Source: Eledone cirrhosa
Lineage: Eukaryota
Length of the DNA stretch: 64,000 nt
Direction: 5' to 3'
Assembly (NCBI GenBank): GCA_964016885.1
Contig: OZ024750.1
Location: 51,398,001 to 51,462,000, forward strand
The notes under the pieces are model-generated. The model was not told the DNA's origin and did no database searches. It saw only the letters and a list, made by a program, of their open reading frames with translations. Of the stretch, positions 26,710 to 40,277 are shown one piece after another. The position numbers and the translations under genes are program-made. How positions within the stretch are numbered: position 1 is the stretch's first letter; each line of letters opens with the position of its first letter.

Positions 26710-27467
26710 GTTTCTACTAATCCTATCAATATACGATCTAACTAATGCTTCATAATGTGACATTCCAAAATAGTCCTGTTTTGTCGCCATTCTAATCACT
26801 AATGTTCTGTCTGTAATACCATTATTGGAGTAGACAGACACTTTTAAGTTGTCTTCCCCTGGCTTACAGGATTACAAAACAACGTCGCAGTCATCACAAT
26901 GGTTGTGTTTGAGGATGTAAATTACAGTTGCGCTATAAAGGAATATATACACATGAATAACACAGGCGTGAAGTTAAGTTGTTTGATAGTTCGATTTACT
27001 GTTGGGAAACTATTTTCTACTATACCTCAGAATGAACCGAGTCTTTTGGGTATAATTCGGTGGATTAAAACTGTTTGAAAGCCTGTAGAAGGGTCTTTAA
27101 TTTTTATTGGGTGGTTGACTTAATTTTTGCCCCGCTTTAGCATCACCATTTTGTTCCCTGGGTGGCTCTTGCAGAGTCTAGTCTGTTACAAGTATTCACT
27201 CATGGTTGCTGGTCTGAAGATAAACTGTGGTTTATTTCTTCTATTCAACTTTTAGTCACGGAAGACTTACAAAATTAATCATCATCGTTGCCCTTTATTA
27301 TCGGACTAAGCTATTAAAAAGCTCTGCTTCATTGTTACCTTTATAGTCCTTTAACTAGAGAGACAGAGAGGTAGAAATCAAAAAGCAATCGGAGTTTGTT
27401 CAAAATACTGTTTAATATATTGAATGTTTGAGTCCGCGTTACATCTGTACACAGGAATTGGACTGTG

Positions 27468-27650
27468 TTAACTAACAGACCTGTTGGTTAACATCACTAA
27501 CTAATAGACCTGTTGGTTAACGTCACTAACATACACCTTGGTTAACATCATTAACTAACATACACATTGGTTACCATCATTAACTAACAGACCCGTTGAT
27601 CAATGTCACTAACAGCCCCGTTGATCAACGTCATTAACTAACAGAGACGT
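27468..27650. repeat. Short minisatellite, ~26-30 bp (TAACTAACAGACCTGTTGGTTAACATCAC-like), ~6 degenerate copies
   Basis: Seen directly. Confidence 0.75.
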
Positions 27651-27691
27651 TAATTTTTTTCAAAAATGACTGAAGAAAAATGTTACTTAAA

Positions 27692-27885
27692 AATAATTGT
27701 TTCTACTTTTGGCACAAGGCCAGCAATTACCCAGTGTATTACTGGTACTTTATTTTATCGACCCCATAAGGATGAAAGGAAAAGTTAACCTCGGCGTGAT
27801 TTGAACTCAGAATGGGAAGGGCCGTAACTCCATGTGTCAAAGCATGGCGTCCGACCCTCTACCGATACTGCCAATCTTCCGCCCT
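27692..27885 (-). mobile_element. tRNA-derived SINE (Octopus-type)
   Basis: Sense head GGCGG..TGGCAGTATCGGTAGA (A-box-like) and GAGTTCAAATC (B box); TSD TGTTA(C/T)TTAAAAATAATT at 27681 and 27886. Confidence 0.88.
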
Positions 27886-28039
27886 TGTTATTTAAAAATA
27901 ATTAAGGTGTGTGTGTTTATAAACGGTAAGAACTTTGAAACTAGTTAAAACACAATTGGCAGAAAGTTTCCAAGAAGTGTCGCGATAAGGAGTCGTGTAG
28001 GGTTTCACAATATCCACCGATATTACCACAGAATCAATT

Positions 28040-28540
28040 CCATGTACAACTCTGGGAGAATAAGCCCAAGCATGGTTATCTTGCAACAAGATGGATCAAG
28101 TTTGGAGCTCAAATCGTTCCAACCACACCAAAATCAGTCTCTTCCAAGTAACAATTCAACCAATCCTACTATATGGAAGTGAAACATGGACGCTTTCATC
28201 TGCGCCTTGATGTCACCTACACTCGCCTACTTCGACGCATTTCAGATCTGACTTTGAAAGAAATATATGCCGGCCTCCTACACATATATGTCGCTGTATG
28301 TAAAAGGAGAGTAAGATTTGCTGGCCACTGCCATCGTGCCACCTCTGAGGCTGTGTCCCCATTAGTGCTTTGAAAGCCACAAGCAGTCACTAATAACAGG
28401 GGGCGCAAGCACTCCTATCCCGATGTCATCTCCAGAGATTCTGGTATTGTAATCCAGAACTTGGCACCGGCAATGAACGACAGAACCAGGTGGAGATCAA
28501 TTATTGTGTCGATTTCGGCTGAGGCTGCGGGATGATGACA
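28040..28540 (+). mobile_element. 3' fragment of an RTE-type LINE
   Basis: PILLYGSETWTL, YTRLLRRI, RRVRFAGHCHR, MNDRTRWR; short GATGATGA tail. Confidence 0.75.
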
Positions 28541-28883
28541 TATGAAGATAGCACCAACAGAAAATGTCTCCATTTCGTCATCGTCAACTTTAATTTCCTC
28601 ATGTGGGTTTACATAGATAAGATACCGTGTAGACTTTGTTTATCGAATACGATGGAGCAGGATTTCTTAGGAATACGTATGTTAACCTGCTGTAATTCGT
28701 ATTTGCATTTGTTCGTAAGAACGTTAGATGGAAGATTATGTAGTTGGCCGTAAATGTATATTCATGGTAATGTAGGGTGCAACATTTTCTTCATACACAA
28801 CTTATAATTCTTTACAAAACTTTAAAATATTTAGATCCTTTTACAGGTTGGCAATAACTAATCACTGATTTCAACCATTCTTC

Positions 28884-29075
28884 ATAATTGTTTCTACGTT
28901 AGGCACAAGGCCAGCTTTAACCCAGTGCATTACTGGTACTTTATTTTATCGACCCCGTAAGGATGAAAGGCAAAGTTAACCTTGGCGGGATTTGAACTCA
29001 GAATGGCAAGGGCCGTAACTCTATACATCAAAGCATGGCGTCCGACCCTCTACCAATACTGCCAATCCACCGCCC
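28884..29075 (-). mobile_element. tRNA-derived SINE with 19 bp TSD
   Basis: Perfect TSD TTCAACCATTCTTCATAAT at 28870-28888 and 29076-29094. Confidence 0.9.
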
Positions 29076-29120
29076 TTCAACCATTCTTCATAATAAAAGA
29101 AATATTCTCTCTATCCTTCA

Positions 29121-29308
29121 ATAATAATTGTTTCTACCTTTGGCACAAGGCCAGCAATTACCCAGTACATTATTGGTACTTTAGTTTATCGACCCCGTAA
29201 GGATGAAAGGCAAAGTTAATCTCGACGGGATTTGAACACAGACCGTAAGGGGACGTAACTATGCTGGAAAACATGGTGTCCGACCCTCTACCGATACTGC
29301 CAATTCAC
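29121..29308 (-). mobile_element. tRNA-derived SINE, same family
   Basis: Full-length similarity to 27692-27885. Confidence 0.88.
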
Positions 29309-29539
29309 CTGAGATTTAAATTGACGATGTTGGAATTAAAGTTGATGATGACGAGATTGAAAATAAATATTGTTATACACACACAACACACACACACACG
29401 TGTATATATAATAAGAAAAAAACAAAACTTCATCGTCTTTTTTTATTATTATACACACTGTGCCTGTGTATCAAGTGGTCATATTAGTACCACCAGTAAT
29501 TCATTGAATCACGTGTACTATATCTAAGGAAAAACCCCG

Positions 29540-30532
29540 ACATTAAGATTTCGTATGGTTCGCACCACCTATCTCTCTTAATATGAAAACAAATGTAGGC
29601 AAAACATTCCTAGGCCTCATAGATCTACATTTTCCTGTTGGCTATACATACCAAAAGATATTTAATCGCCATACAGTAAAAATAGGATACTCTTGCACCA
29701 ACAATGTTAAATCCTACATCACCAGCAAACACAAAAACCCTGCACTTGTTAAACACCTGAAACATGTCCACTAGACCAACAATGCAACACTCCGGCGGTG
29801 ATATACCAAACAGCGGTTACTTCCACAAACCTGAACCACCAAACTGAAGCCTGGATCTATGTGGGTATGTCCGATAGACGCTTTAAAATCCTGTACCTGA
29901 ATCACGAAACAACATTCAGATATCCCGAGAAAAAACATACCACCCAGCTTGGGAATCACGCATGGCACCTTAAAATCAACGGCACGCCTTTTCCCATCAA
30001 ATGGAGGATTTTAGAAAGATCTACCTCGTACGTGAATGGGTCGTAATTTTGTCGACTTTGTAATTCTGAAAAATGGTATATATTCTCACAATTAGCTTCA
30101 GATAAGCACTGCCTCAACACACAGCTTGATTGCTTTGGCGGTTGTTCCCATGAGAAGAAGTACATTTTGAGTAAATGGCTTAGGCCTGACTAACAGGTCT
30201 ACAAGTATACTGATTTACTGACTATTTTGTATATCAGGGAAATTGGATTCTTTGAGTCAGCTAGAAAAAATTATTTTTCTTCTATTTTTAATCAAGCTTG
30301 ACTGTTGTCCCTCAAGAGTTACCTCCCTTGATCTTACCTTCTATTTATAAAAAAACTACTTTTTCTAAATAATTATTAAATTACCTGCCCTTGTTTAACC
30401 TCTTATATATTCCTAAAAGGAAGCATAATCAACCCTAGGGGGCCATATTTGTTTTTATTTTTCTCATGAGAACCTGAATGCGTTGGCGCACAGAACCCAA
30501 CGAAACTTGAGTACCTGTTTATGTTACTGTTG

Positions 30533-30537
<5 letters not shown>
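29540..30537 (+). mobile_element. 5'-truncated Naiad-like Penelope element (thumb, GIY-YIG and 3' UTR)
   Basis: WFAPP..KTNVGKTFL..IFNRHTVKIGYSC, CPLDQQCNTPAVIYQ..YVGM..FK..YLNH, CRLCNSEK..CLN..CSH..PD*; ends at (TA)n. Confidence 0.85.
30474..30513 (+). ncRNA. Degenerate hammerhead motif
   Basis: CUGAAUG (mutated core), stem II GUUGG/CCAAC, GAAAC-UUGA-GUA; at the expected 3' UTR position. Confidence 0.4.
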
Positions 30538-30576
<39 letters not shown>

Positions 30577-30862
30577 TATATAAACGGAAAAAATGAAACG
30601 AAATTTCATTTTCCACTCTTAGTACGGCTGTTACTTATACGTATACATACTTATATTTAAATATATATATATATATAAGTATGTATGTATGTATACGTAC
30701 ATATATATATGTATACAGACGTACAGTAGTATGTATATATATACATACATGCACACATATATATGCACGTATCGGTTTACCGAACATTTATTATAATGCT
30801 CGGATTACGCCGTACAGTGTTTAGGCAACCACGTCACCTTTTTGTTCAACACTGACACAGGA

Positions 30863-30905
30863 ACGATGTACTAGTTTCAAGCTTATTAGCTATCGTCAGC
30901 ATCGT
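30863..30905 (-). ncRNA. Type I minimal hammerhead ribozyme
   Basis: ACGAUG-CUGACGA-U-AGCU-AAUA-AGCU-U-GAAA-CUAG-UA-CAUCGU: 6 bp stem I, palindromic stem III ACUAGU, GUA site. Confidence 0.85.
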
Positions 30906-31342
30906 ATACCTTCCTGCCAGATGGTTGAACGTCTGAAAGTATATACTTTCCTTATGCATATCAATGGCCGAGCAGCCTAATTTGCATATCGAGTGAGTTC
31001 AGGCGGCCGGGCACACCGAAAACGATAAATGGAATAGAATGAAACGAAATATTATTTCTCACTCTTAGAACGGCACTTACTTAAATGTAAGTATGTATGT
31101 ATACGTACATACATATATGTATACAGACGTACAGTAGTATGTATATATATACATACATGCACACATATATATATGCACGTATCCGTTTACCGAACATTTA
31201 TTATAATGCTCGGTTTGTTTGTTTGTAAACAAACAAACAGCCCGACTGAACTCACTCGAAATACACATTAGGCTGCTCGGCCGTTGATATGCATAAGGAA
31301 AGTATATACTTTCAGACGTTCAACCATCTGGCAGGAAGGTAT

Positions 31343-31385
31343 ACGATGCTGACGATAGCTAATAAGCTTGAAACTAGTATATCGT
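31343..31385 (+). ncRNA. Type I minimal hammerhead ribozyme
   Basis: ACGAUG-CUGACGA-UAGCUAAUAAGCUU-GAAA-CUAG-UA-UAUCGU. Confidence 0.82.
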
Positions 31386-31679
31386 TCCTGTGTCAGTGTT
31401 GAACAAAAGGGTGACGTGGTTGCCTAAACACTGTACGGCGTAATTCGGGCTGTTTGTTTGTATACAAACAAACAAACCGAGAATTATAATAAATGTTCGG
31501 TAAACCGATACGTGCATATATATATATGTGTGCATGTATGTATATATATACATACTACTGTACGTCTGTATACATATATGTATGTACGTATACATACATA
31601 CATACATACTTACATTTAAGTAAGTGCCGAACTAAGAGTGAGAAATGAACTTTCGTTTCATTCTATTCCATATATATAT

Positions 31680-31839
31680 GAAGAATTCGGGACCCCGATG
31701 GGTGAGCTCCTGCCGAGGTTTTGAAACGGTAGGAGCTCACCCATCGGGGTCCGAAGTTTTCATATTACCCATTCTACTACCCAAGTATTGAGTACTTTGG
31801 TGAGTAATGGTCCAACTGTTTTTTACTGCATCCATTCTG

Positions 31840-31845
<6 letters not shown>
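31680..31845 (+). mobile_element. Short (TA)n-flanked fold-back unit, probable PLE 3' end
   Basis: 26 bp hairpin GGACCCCGATGGGTGAGCTCCTGCCG/CGGTAGGAGCTCACCCATCGGGGTCC with GAAAC at the loop; tail ..CTACTACCCAAGTATTGAGTAC shared with 33331-33450 (-). Confidence 0.55.
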
Positions 31846-31892
<47 letters not shown>

Positions 31893-31974
31893 AACGAGTA
31901 GGACCCCATAGCGGAAAAGTCTGGATACGGCGTGGTAGGGTCGGAAAGTGCTCTACTACGGGAATAGGAGCTAG

Positions 31975-32152
<178 letters not shown>

Positions 32153-32861
32153 CCCTGGGTAATATGGAAATCTTTTGTTTAGTGTAGGTGTCATTATGGC
32201 AAGAGAGACTTAACTAACTGTGAGTTGCCATAAATAATAGTTAGCCTAGAAACTCATAAAACCATCTCTATGGACGGGAAAATGGCTTGAGTTAAATAAA
32301 GTCAATGACAAACGATAGTTGGCTAACATTTAGCTTATGATGGTACATGGAACTACATGATATGATTGCGATACGTACATCTTAACCACGCAGCCCACTT
32401 AATGTTCATTTAAATAACATCACCAGCATTCATAGGTAAGATCTCATTCAGATGTCAATGACTTGAATGAAATATTTAATATTATGCTCACTCTCAGATA
32501 ATTAGCTTATTTTCAAAACACATCACAGTCTTCTTCGCACAAACCTGTTTTATATCTTCAATTCATTCTCTATGTGTGACATGTTTTATATCTTCAATTC
32601 ATTCTCTATATGTGATATGTTTAATTGATTCTTTTAGATTTTCGATGGAAATTACTCATTATGTTTCTTTCTTTCTGTTGGTTTTTGCACTTTCAACATG
32701 TCCAATTTTTCATCTTCGAACAACGTATAATTAAACACTAACTATACGGAATACTTAAATTTGCCAACAAATTGCCATAACTATGTATATATATATATGT
32801 GCTCACGCAAATACACACACACTCACAGATATATATATATATATATATATGAATGTATATA

Positions 32862-33308
32862 TTGTGTATTTTGCAATAGACTGTATGCTTAATTAAAAGT
32901 ATTTTGAAGATCTTACGCTATTGTTTTAAAGTAGTGACTATGTCACTTACTTCTTTTTTCAGCAAACAAAGGGAGATAAGCTGATAGATCTGTTTCGTAC
33001 TGTTGGTACTCCTCAGAGCTTACCACCCCCTGTGCCTGCTGCAAATTATGAATGTTGGATTCTTATAGAATTCCAGTAATAATCAGGAACTGATTATACA
33101 GAGCGGTTGCCGGTTCATCAACAATTGAAAATTAGAATTGGCGCTCTGAAATACGATATATATATATGAATACAGTGTATTTTGCAAAAGACTGTATGCT
33201 TAATTAAAAGCATTTTGAAGACCTTACGTTAGTCACTACTTTAAAACAATAGCCTAAGGTCATCAAAATGCTTTTAATTAAGCATACAGTGTATTGCAAA
33301 ATATACTA
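32862..33308. mobile_element. Short hammerhead-bearing element (32862-33155, -) plus an adjacent fold-back of its terminus (33170-33308)
   Basis: Terminus GTGTATTTTGCAA..GCTTAATTAAAAG..TTTTGAAGA is present three times (two direct, one inverted); (TA)n flanks. Confidence 0.7.
32977..33022 (-). ncRNA. Type I minimal hammerhead ribozyme
   Basis: UAAGCU-CUGAGGA-GUAC-CAACA-GUAC-GAAA-C-AGAUCU-AUC-AGCUUA: 6 bp stem I, G10.1-C11.1 stem II, palindromic stem III loop. Confidence 0.85.
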
Positions 33309-33477
33309 TATATATACATATATATATATAACAAAGGAATTGTGGTAAGGAACCAGATGGCCAGAGTACTCAATACTTAGGGTAGTAGAGTGGGAAATAG
33401 AAAAAGTATGACCCCGACGGCAGAGCTCAAGCCGTTTCGACGGCTATTTCTGGACAATTTTCACACTACAGCCATTT

Positions 33478-33551
<74 letters not shown>

Positions 33552-33553
<2 letters not shown>

Positions 33554-36228
33554 CGTTTCTGACTTTGTTTACCAAGATTCTTTATCTGAAAACGGGTGTT
33601 GAAACAGACACAGACACACAAAATAGAGTAGATAATAACAATGAACCAGAGGAAAGTGACAGGAGTAATAATGAGAGACATAGAAACAACCATGAGGCTG
33701 TTGGTGGAAATAGAAATAGGAACAACACAACTAACAATAACAATAGCACTAGTACACATAAAGCAGCAGCCTAGAACTCTACTTTTTATAATACCCCCGA
33801 TAAGTCGTTCGACCTGCGACGAGTCCACGCCACGACTTTAGCTTTTAACAAACGCACGCAATTGCCGTCGCAGGTCGATGAACAAACAGAAGCACAATTT
33901 AGTATAGCTAGATCTAAATTTAGAAATATTATAGAACAGTATAGCAAGAAGCATAATAGAATGGAGAAAAATCTGCAAATGGCTTGCGTAAGCCCATGCA
34001 GCGCTCGCGTAATGGAGAGATAGCATGCTTTCCAACAGACAAGTCTGGCAGAATGTCGGTTGACAGTCTGCCAAACTACATCCAGGCAATGCAACCCCAC
34101 ATCATTAACACAAGAGAAGTAACACCACAAGAGCAGAAGGATAGAGAAAAAGCCCTCAATGCCCATATGATGTTGTGGACAAATATAATGCAGCCCAACA
34201 AAAGAACTGCCAACAACTTCCAGGTCTGGAACAATGACGTGCCAGCGTTGTATGGGCTTCGAAAAGATCATAAAACGAGCAGTGACCCTGTCACAGGACC
34301 ACCAACGCGGCCAGTCTGTGGTGCTAACATTGCTAGTAACTACAGACTGTCCTACTTCCTCTCCCTGATCATACGCCCCATCATTGAAATGTCCCCAGAT
34401 GTATGTGACAGCACGGAGGACCTTCTCAGCGGAATCTGGGAGAGTAACCGATCTAGGGACCTAACAGACTGCATAATAGGTAGTATGGATGTTGTGTCCC
34501 TATATCCATCTATTGACGTGGATTTTGCTGTGGAGAAATGCGTAGAAATGATCAGTGAGAGCAATGTGGAATTCCGTGGGATTGATACCCGTGAACAGGG
34601 ACTCCTACTTAAACTTATCTATAGTAATAATTATCTAGATACATATGACCTTAGCAACCTGTGCCCTACAAGACCAGCAAGAGGCAGACCACCTACCATT
34701 ACTTCAATGGCCAAGAAAGCCCACACAGATAGATGGAACGGGTGGACCAGAGCCATAAAGACCCCCGAAAACCAAAATGATTGCACATGTGGTGGGGGCC
34801 AGGAACATATGTTCAAATTTAATGGAAAAACAAGAGGAGGGAGCAGCCATTGGTGTTAGCATTGCAGGCGACATAGCTAACCTATTCATGGTATGGTGGG
34901 ACAGTAGACTTAAACTTAAACTTAAAGAACAATTAGAAGCAAACACCCCAACCATCGATTACCCGTACTAGACACAAAGCTCTGGTAAGATACCATTAAT
35001 AACAAAAAACAAATCCTCCATTCACATTATGCCAAACCCATGACTTCCAAATATCTGATCCACCGAAACTCAGCTGTTTCGGACCATACCAAAATCAACA
35101 TACTGATTGCGGATTTGGTATGTCTGATGAGAAACGTGTCCCGCATGTGCAACCCCGAAGAACTAGAGAGACACACACAACACTTCATCCACCGTATGCA
35201 GTTCTATGGTTACAATCAGAGATATAAAATCAGAGTATATAGAGGAGCCAGAACCAAATGGGAAAAAATGGTAAATAATGACACAAATGCGACCTGCCCC
35301 TTGTATAGGAGCAAATTTTGGAATATAATAGAAAGAACTCGAAAGAATAAGGCTAATAGAATAAACTCATGGTATGATACCAATAAATACCAGAGTGTAA
35401 TGTTCATCGATACAACCCCTAGAGGTGAATTAGCTTACAAATTTAGAAGGGCCCTAGATAAACATAAACTCAATATTAAGATAGTAGAAAGACCAGGTAC
35501 CTCCATAAAAACACTTATTAGCAAGACATACCCTTTTCAAAGACCTCCCTGTATAGATGAGAAATGTATAATCTGTAAATTAAGCCCCCATATAAACTGT
35601 AAAACTAGAAATGTAGTATATAGCATAAGATGTACTGAAGGACAATGTAGAGATAAAAATATAGTGTACATAGGTGAGACAGTTCGTAGTATAGGGGAAC
35701 GGATAAATGAACACTGGCGAGACCTTCAAGATAGTAAAGAATCATCTGTACTCTACCAACATGCTAAAATAGAACATAAGGGTAAATTTGAGAACATAGA
35801 AATAAAAATAGAAACTACACACAAAAAAGACGCAATGTTTAGACAAATCACAGAGGCAATAAACATAAATGAACTCCAACCAAAATTAAATAGAAAACAT
35901 GAGTGGAACAGCAACATCACAACTTACAATTAAGGACAGAATGAAAACACACACGCACATAGAACAAACAACCACCCAGTAACATGTAAATAAACAAATA
36001 AATAAACGAATATAAACACACACAGACACCTGGATGTGGCGCATGCGCAGACTGAGCACACAGCACACACACAGAAACAAGATGGCGTAGGACAGAACAA
36101 AGGAGAGGCACAAAAACAAAGAAAAGAATCCCCAGTCACTGAAGAGGTCACAGAATGTGTGACGAAAGAACTTTGACAATATATAAACAACCATCTGGTT
36201 GTGGAACCAACCAACCAACCAACCAACC
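33552..36228 (+). mobile_element. Penelope-like element (RT plus GIY-YIG), degenerate, with internal deletions
   Basis: PTDKSG, ALYGLRKDHK..PTRPVC, SMDVVSLYPSI, GAAIGVSIAGDIANLFM, HYAKPM, C..C..NVVYSIRC..C..YIGET.RS..ER..EH..EA..I..PKLN (ORFs 33984-34859, 34777-34971, 35040-35933); YxDD region missing; ends in (AACC)n. Confidence 0.9.
36135..36177 (+). ncRNA. Type I minimal hammerhead ribozyme in the PLE 3' UTR
   Basis: GUCA-CUGAAGA-G-GUCAC-AGAAUGU-GUGAC-GAAA-GAAC-UU-UGAC. Confidence 0.75.
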
Positions 36229-36257
36229 GGAAATTTATAAATTCCTAAATTTATAAA

Positions 36258-36915
<658 letters not shown>

Positions 36916-38469
36916 TATACACTATATACAACTATAAACAGGAAAGATCAGTAATTTATTACTACCTTATTATCAGTAAGAAAAATAGCTCAATGTAAAT
37001 ACATGAGATGTTTTACAGAGCCGGAATACATCAAGTTATGTTCAAATTATTTTATTGCTGACAATCGTTTCTTCCAAACTATCGTTTTTAATCATCGGAG
37101 CAGTAGCAATGTTTGTACATATAATTAACCTCCTATTCAACTGAACAATCATATAGATACATAGATATTAATGTTGCAAACAACAGTTTCGTATTTACAG
37201 AGTGGAATGGATGCGACATAGATTTCAAGAGAATTGTACAATAATTAAAATTAAAAATTAAAAATTTAAAGTTAAAAAGGCACAGAGTGGAATGCATGCG
37301 ACAGAGATTAGTATAACAATTAGAGAGGCATTAAGTTAGAAAGTTACTCATGAAACGAGGACCCTAGCAGTACATATGCAAGCGTATAGAGAGTGCGAAT
37401 GCAATATGCTTAAACGGGAAGGAAACAAGCAATGGTACTAGGCATATATCATTTCTGCAAGGCAAAGGTATCACATAAAACAACATATGTTTACAAGCAG
37501 GCGAAGCTGTTTTTGTATTAAAATTATTAGTTTATGGTGGCTGTAGTGTGACTGTTGTTTCTGTAATGTTCAGATGTGTATGTGCTGAGAGTATCAATGT
37601 TATTGCTATCTTTTCCATCACATTCGCTATGTTTTATTTTAGTGAATGTTTTAATCAGTCACAGCCATGGATTGTACACCGGTTCTATTATATTGCTATC
37701 CGGGGTTCGTGTTGTTGTGGAGGGGTTCTTCTAACGGTTTAATTTCAGGAAGGGAGTTTGATCTATATTAAGGGGAGCTAACATGAAATGAGAGGTAACT
37801 AGTGATTACATTGTAAATGAATTTAGAAAAATGTAAATATGTTTACAGCTATATATTATTTAAATTCTTTGTGTTGCTATACGTTATATTGTGTTATAAG
37901 TAAATCTCTTTTATATAATGTTATTTGTTTGTGTTTAATTTTAAATATAACCTATTTTAATATATCTTCATCTATGTTAATCTATTTTAATCTATCCATT
38001 ACTGAATAAAGTATATGTAATGTATATGAAATTGGTAAGAATGTATAGTTGTTTACAGGTCTAACTAGTTAAATCTCTTGTGCTATTAATATACATTATA
38101 TTATGTTATAAGTGAATTTCATATATATAATGCTATTAAATTTACATATTTAAATATAAATATAATTCATTTTCCTATACTATATTAAGTGTCCCATCGT
38201 ATTATTATTTATCCATTCCTGAATATAATATAAGCAAGATATAGTGGTTATATTAAATGGTGTTAGTTTTATGTTTATTCCTAATAGTTATTGTATAGTA
38301 TAAAGTTTGAGATAAAAAGGAGTTAGGTAGAGTGATGAGCTGATCACATAGTGTGATGCTGTGGGGGTACTTATATGCTGATAAGACCTAGAGGTGAAGT
38401 GTTAATGGTGGTGAGGAATTCAGATCTGACATTGTTATACATCAGCTATTTAAGGATTATACGTCCACT

Positions 38470-39990
38470 ATTATACCTCCACTATTAAAGGATTTAATAA
38501 AAAGAATAAATAAATAAGTAAATAAAAATTCTTGTACATGCAGATAAAACTAATAATGTATATAGCCTGGATTACGATACATATAGAAAATTTATATATA
38601 AAGAACTACATAGAAGCTATAAGAAAACCACTATTAAAAACCTAGAGGATATAAATATAGAAGGCCATAGTATAGTATGTAAATTAGGACTTCAGATACA
38701 TACACAGCCATATACCCCTAACCCCCCTAAATTCTCTCTGAAAGACAATAAGGAAGACTTCAATAGTAACCCTTCTATAAGACTAATTTGCCCTTCCAAA
38801 ACTGACATTGGAATTATCAGCAAGAAAATATTAGATAGAATCATCCCCCAATTTAAGCATAAAATATATCTTAACCAGTGGGGAAATAGTGGTGAAGTTA
38901 TTGAATGGTTCAATAATATTAAAGAGAATAAAAATTAAAAAATTCATACTACACTTCTATGTCCCCTATCCTATTAAATAAGGGATTAATTATGGCTATG
39001 AACAATAGTGATCTTACTAGATCCCAAATTGATGTCATCCTTGCGACCCGAAAAACCATAATTACTTTTGAAGATCAATTATGGACCCGCAAGGATACAC
39101 ATAACAACTTTGACATAACTATGGGGTCTAGTGACTCGGCACAGGTCACCGATTTGGTCGGCCTATATCTCTTAAATGAAATTCATAGGAACCTACCCTA
39201 CCTCGATGGTGGTTTATACCGCGATGATGCACTACTTCTTATTGACCATAAACAAATTTAATATAGAAAGAACTAGGAAACAATTGCATAAATTTTCAAA
39301 AATTCAACTTGGGTATCACCTTAGATAAAAACACTAAAAGCACTAAAAACTTCCTTGATGTTACCCTTTACCTAGACTCTAAAATATATACACCCTTTCA
39401 TAAACCTAACGACAAACTACTTTATGTAGATATCAACTCTAACCACCCTAAATCCATATTAAACTCAATTACTAAAGGAATATCAAATAGAATCTCTAAT
39501 CTATCATATAACGAAACCATATTTAACAATAATTCCTAATACTATAATGAAGCCTTAGCTAAATCAGGAGATAAAAATGAGATTAAATTCCTACCTATAA
39601 AATCACATAGTTACAACATTATTTATCACAATATGGCCATGAGGAAAAATAATAAAAGTACTAGCCACTCTAACTCTAATACGAAGGGTAATATCAAACT
39701 TAACTCGCACCAGAATAAACACCGCAATAATATTATATACAGAAATATAAACAATACCTCAAGTGACATTACAAAAAACAAATGTAGAAGAACTAATACA
39801 TTCTTCAATCCTCTTTCAATCTAAAAGTCTCTACCAACTTACCGAAGGCTTTTTTCTCAATCCTGGAAAAAAACTTCTCAGCCGGCCACAAATACCATAA
39901 TCTTATAAATAAAAATACCATTAAAATCTCTTACTCGACCACACCTAACATCGCATACCATATAGCTAGTAGTAATAAAAGGAAGATTAA
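38470..39990 (+). mobile_element. Degenerate Naiad-like Penelope RT region
   Basis: ADKTNNVY, SLKDNKEDF..RLICPSKTDIG.ISK, FDITMGSSDSAQVTDLVGLYLL, GLYRDD, FLDVTL..PFHKPND..SNHP, INKNTIKISYS. Confidence 0.85.
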
Positions 39991-40277
39991 TAATTATTTC
40001 CAACTAATTAAATCAGAACAAGGAGCAAACTTATGTTGGTGTATATTGCACATACATAAACACACACATACACACATGCGCGCGCGGGTGCTGTCATGTC
40101 TGGCTACTTTAAAAGTTCTTTTCTCGTCGAAGTAGTTATGGAATCGGTCGCTCTGGGAGCTAATTTTGGTAAAATATCTGGTACAATAGACTAAAACTTT
40201 GTAGAGAGAAACTGTAGAGAGAAAGGCCGCCCGGTGAAGGGCAAGATAGACTTGTTTAGAATTAGTTTTATTAGATA

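Larger units (their letters stand above)
30583..31670. mobile_element. Non-coding hammerhead-bearing PLE terminal repeat family in three arms: 30583-30992 (-), 31028-31258 (-, partial), 31258-31670 (+)
   Basis: Arms match each other in direct or inverted orientation; another copy lies at 49400-49790; the block is (TA)n-flanked. Confidence 0.8.

Noticed and set aside
27800-27885. tRNA gene from A/B boxes
   Set aside because: It is the tRNA-derived head of a multi-copy SINE, with no cloverleaf acceptor stem
37045-37090. Decayed hammerhead-like strings (also 61075-61100)
   Set aside because: They need several core substitutions, so they cannot be told apart from chance
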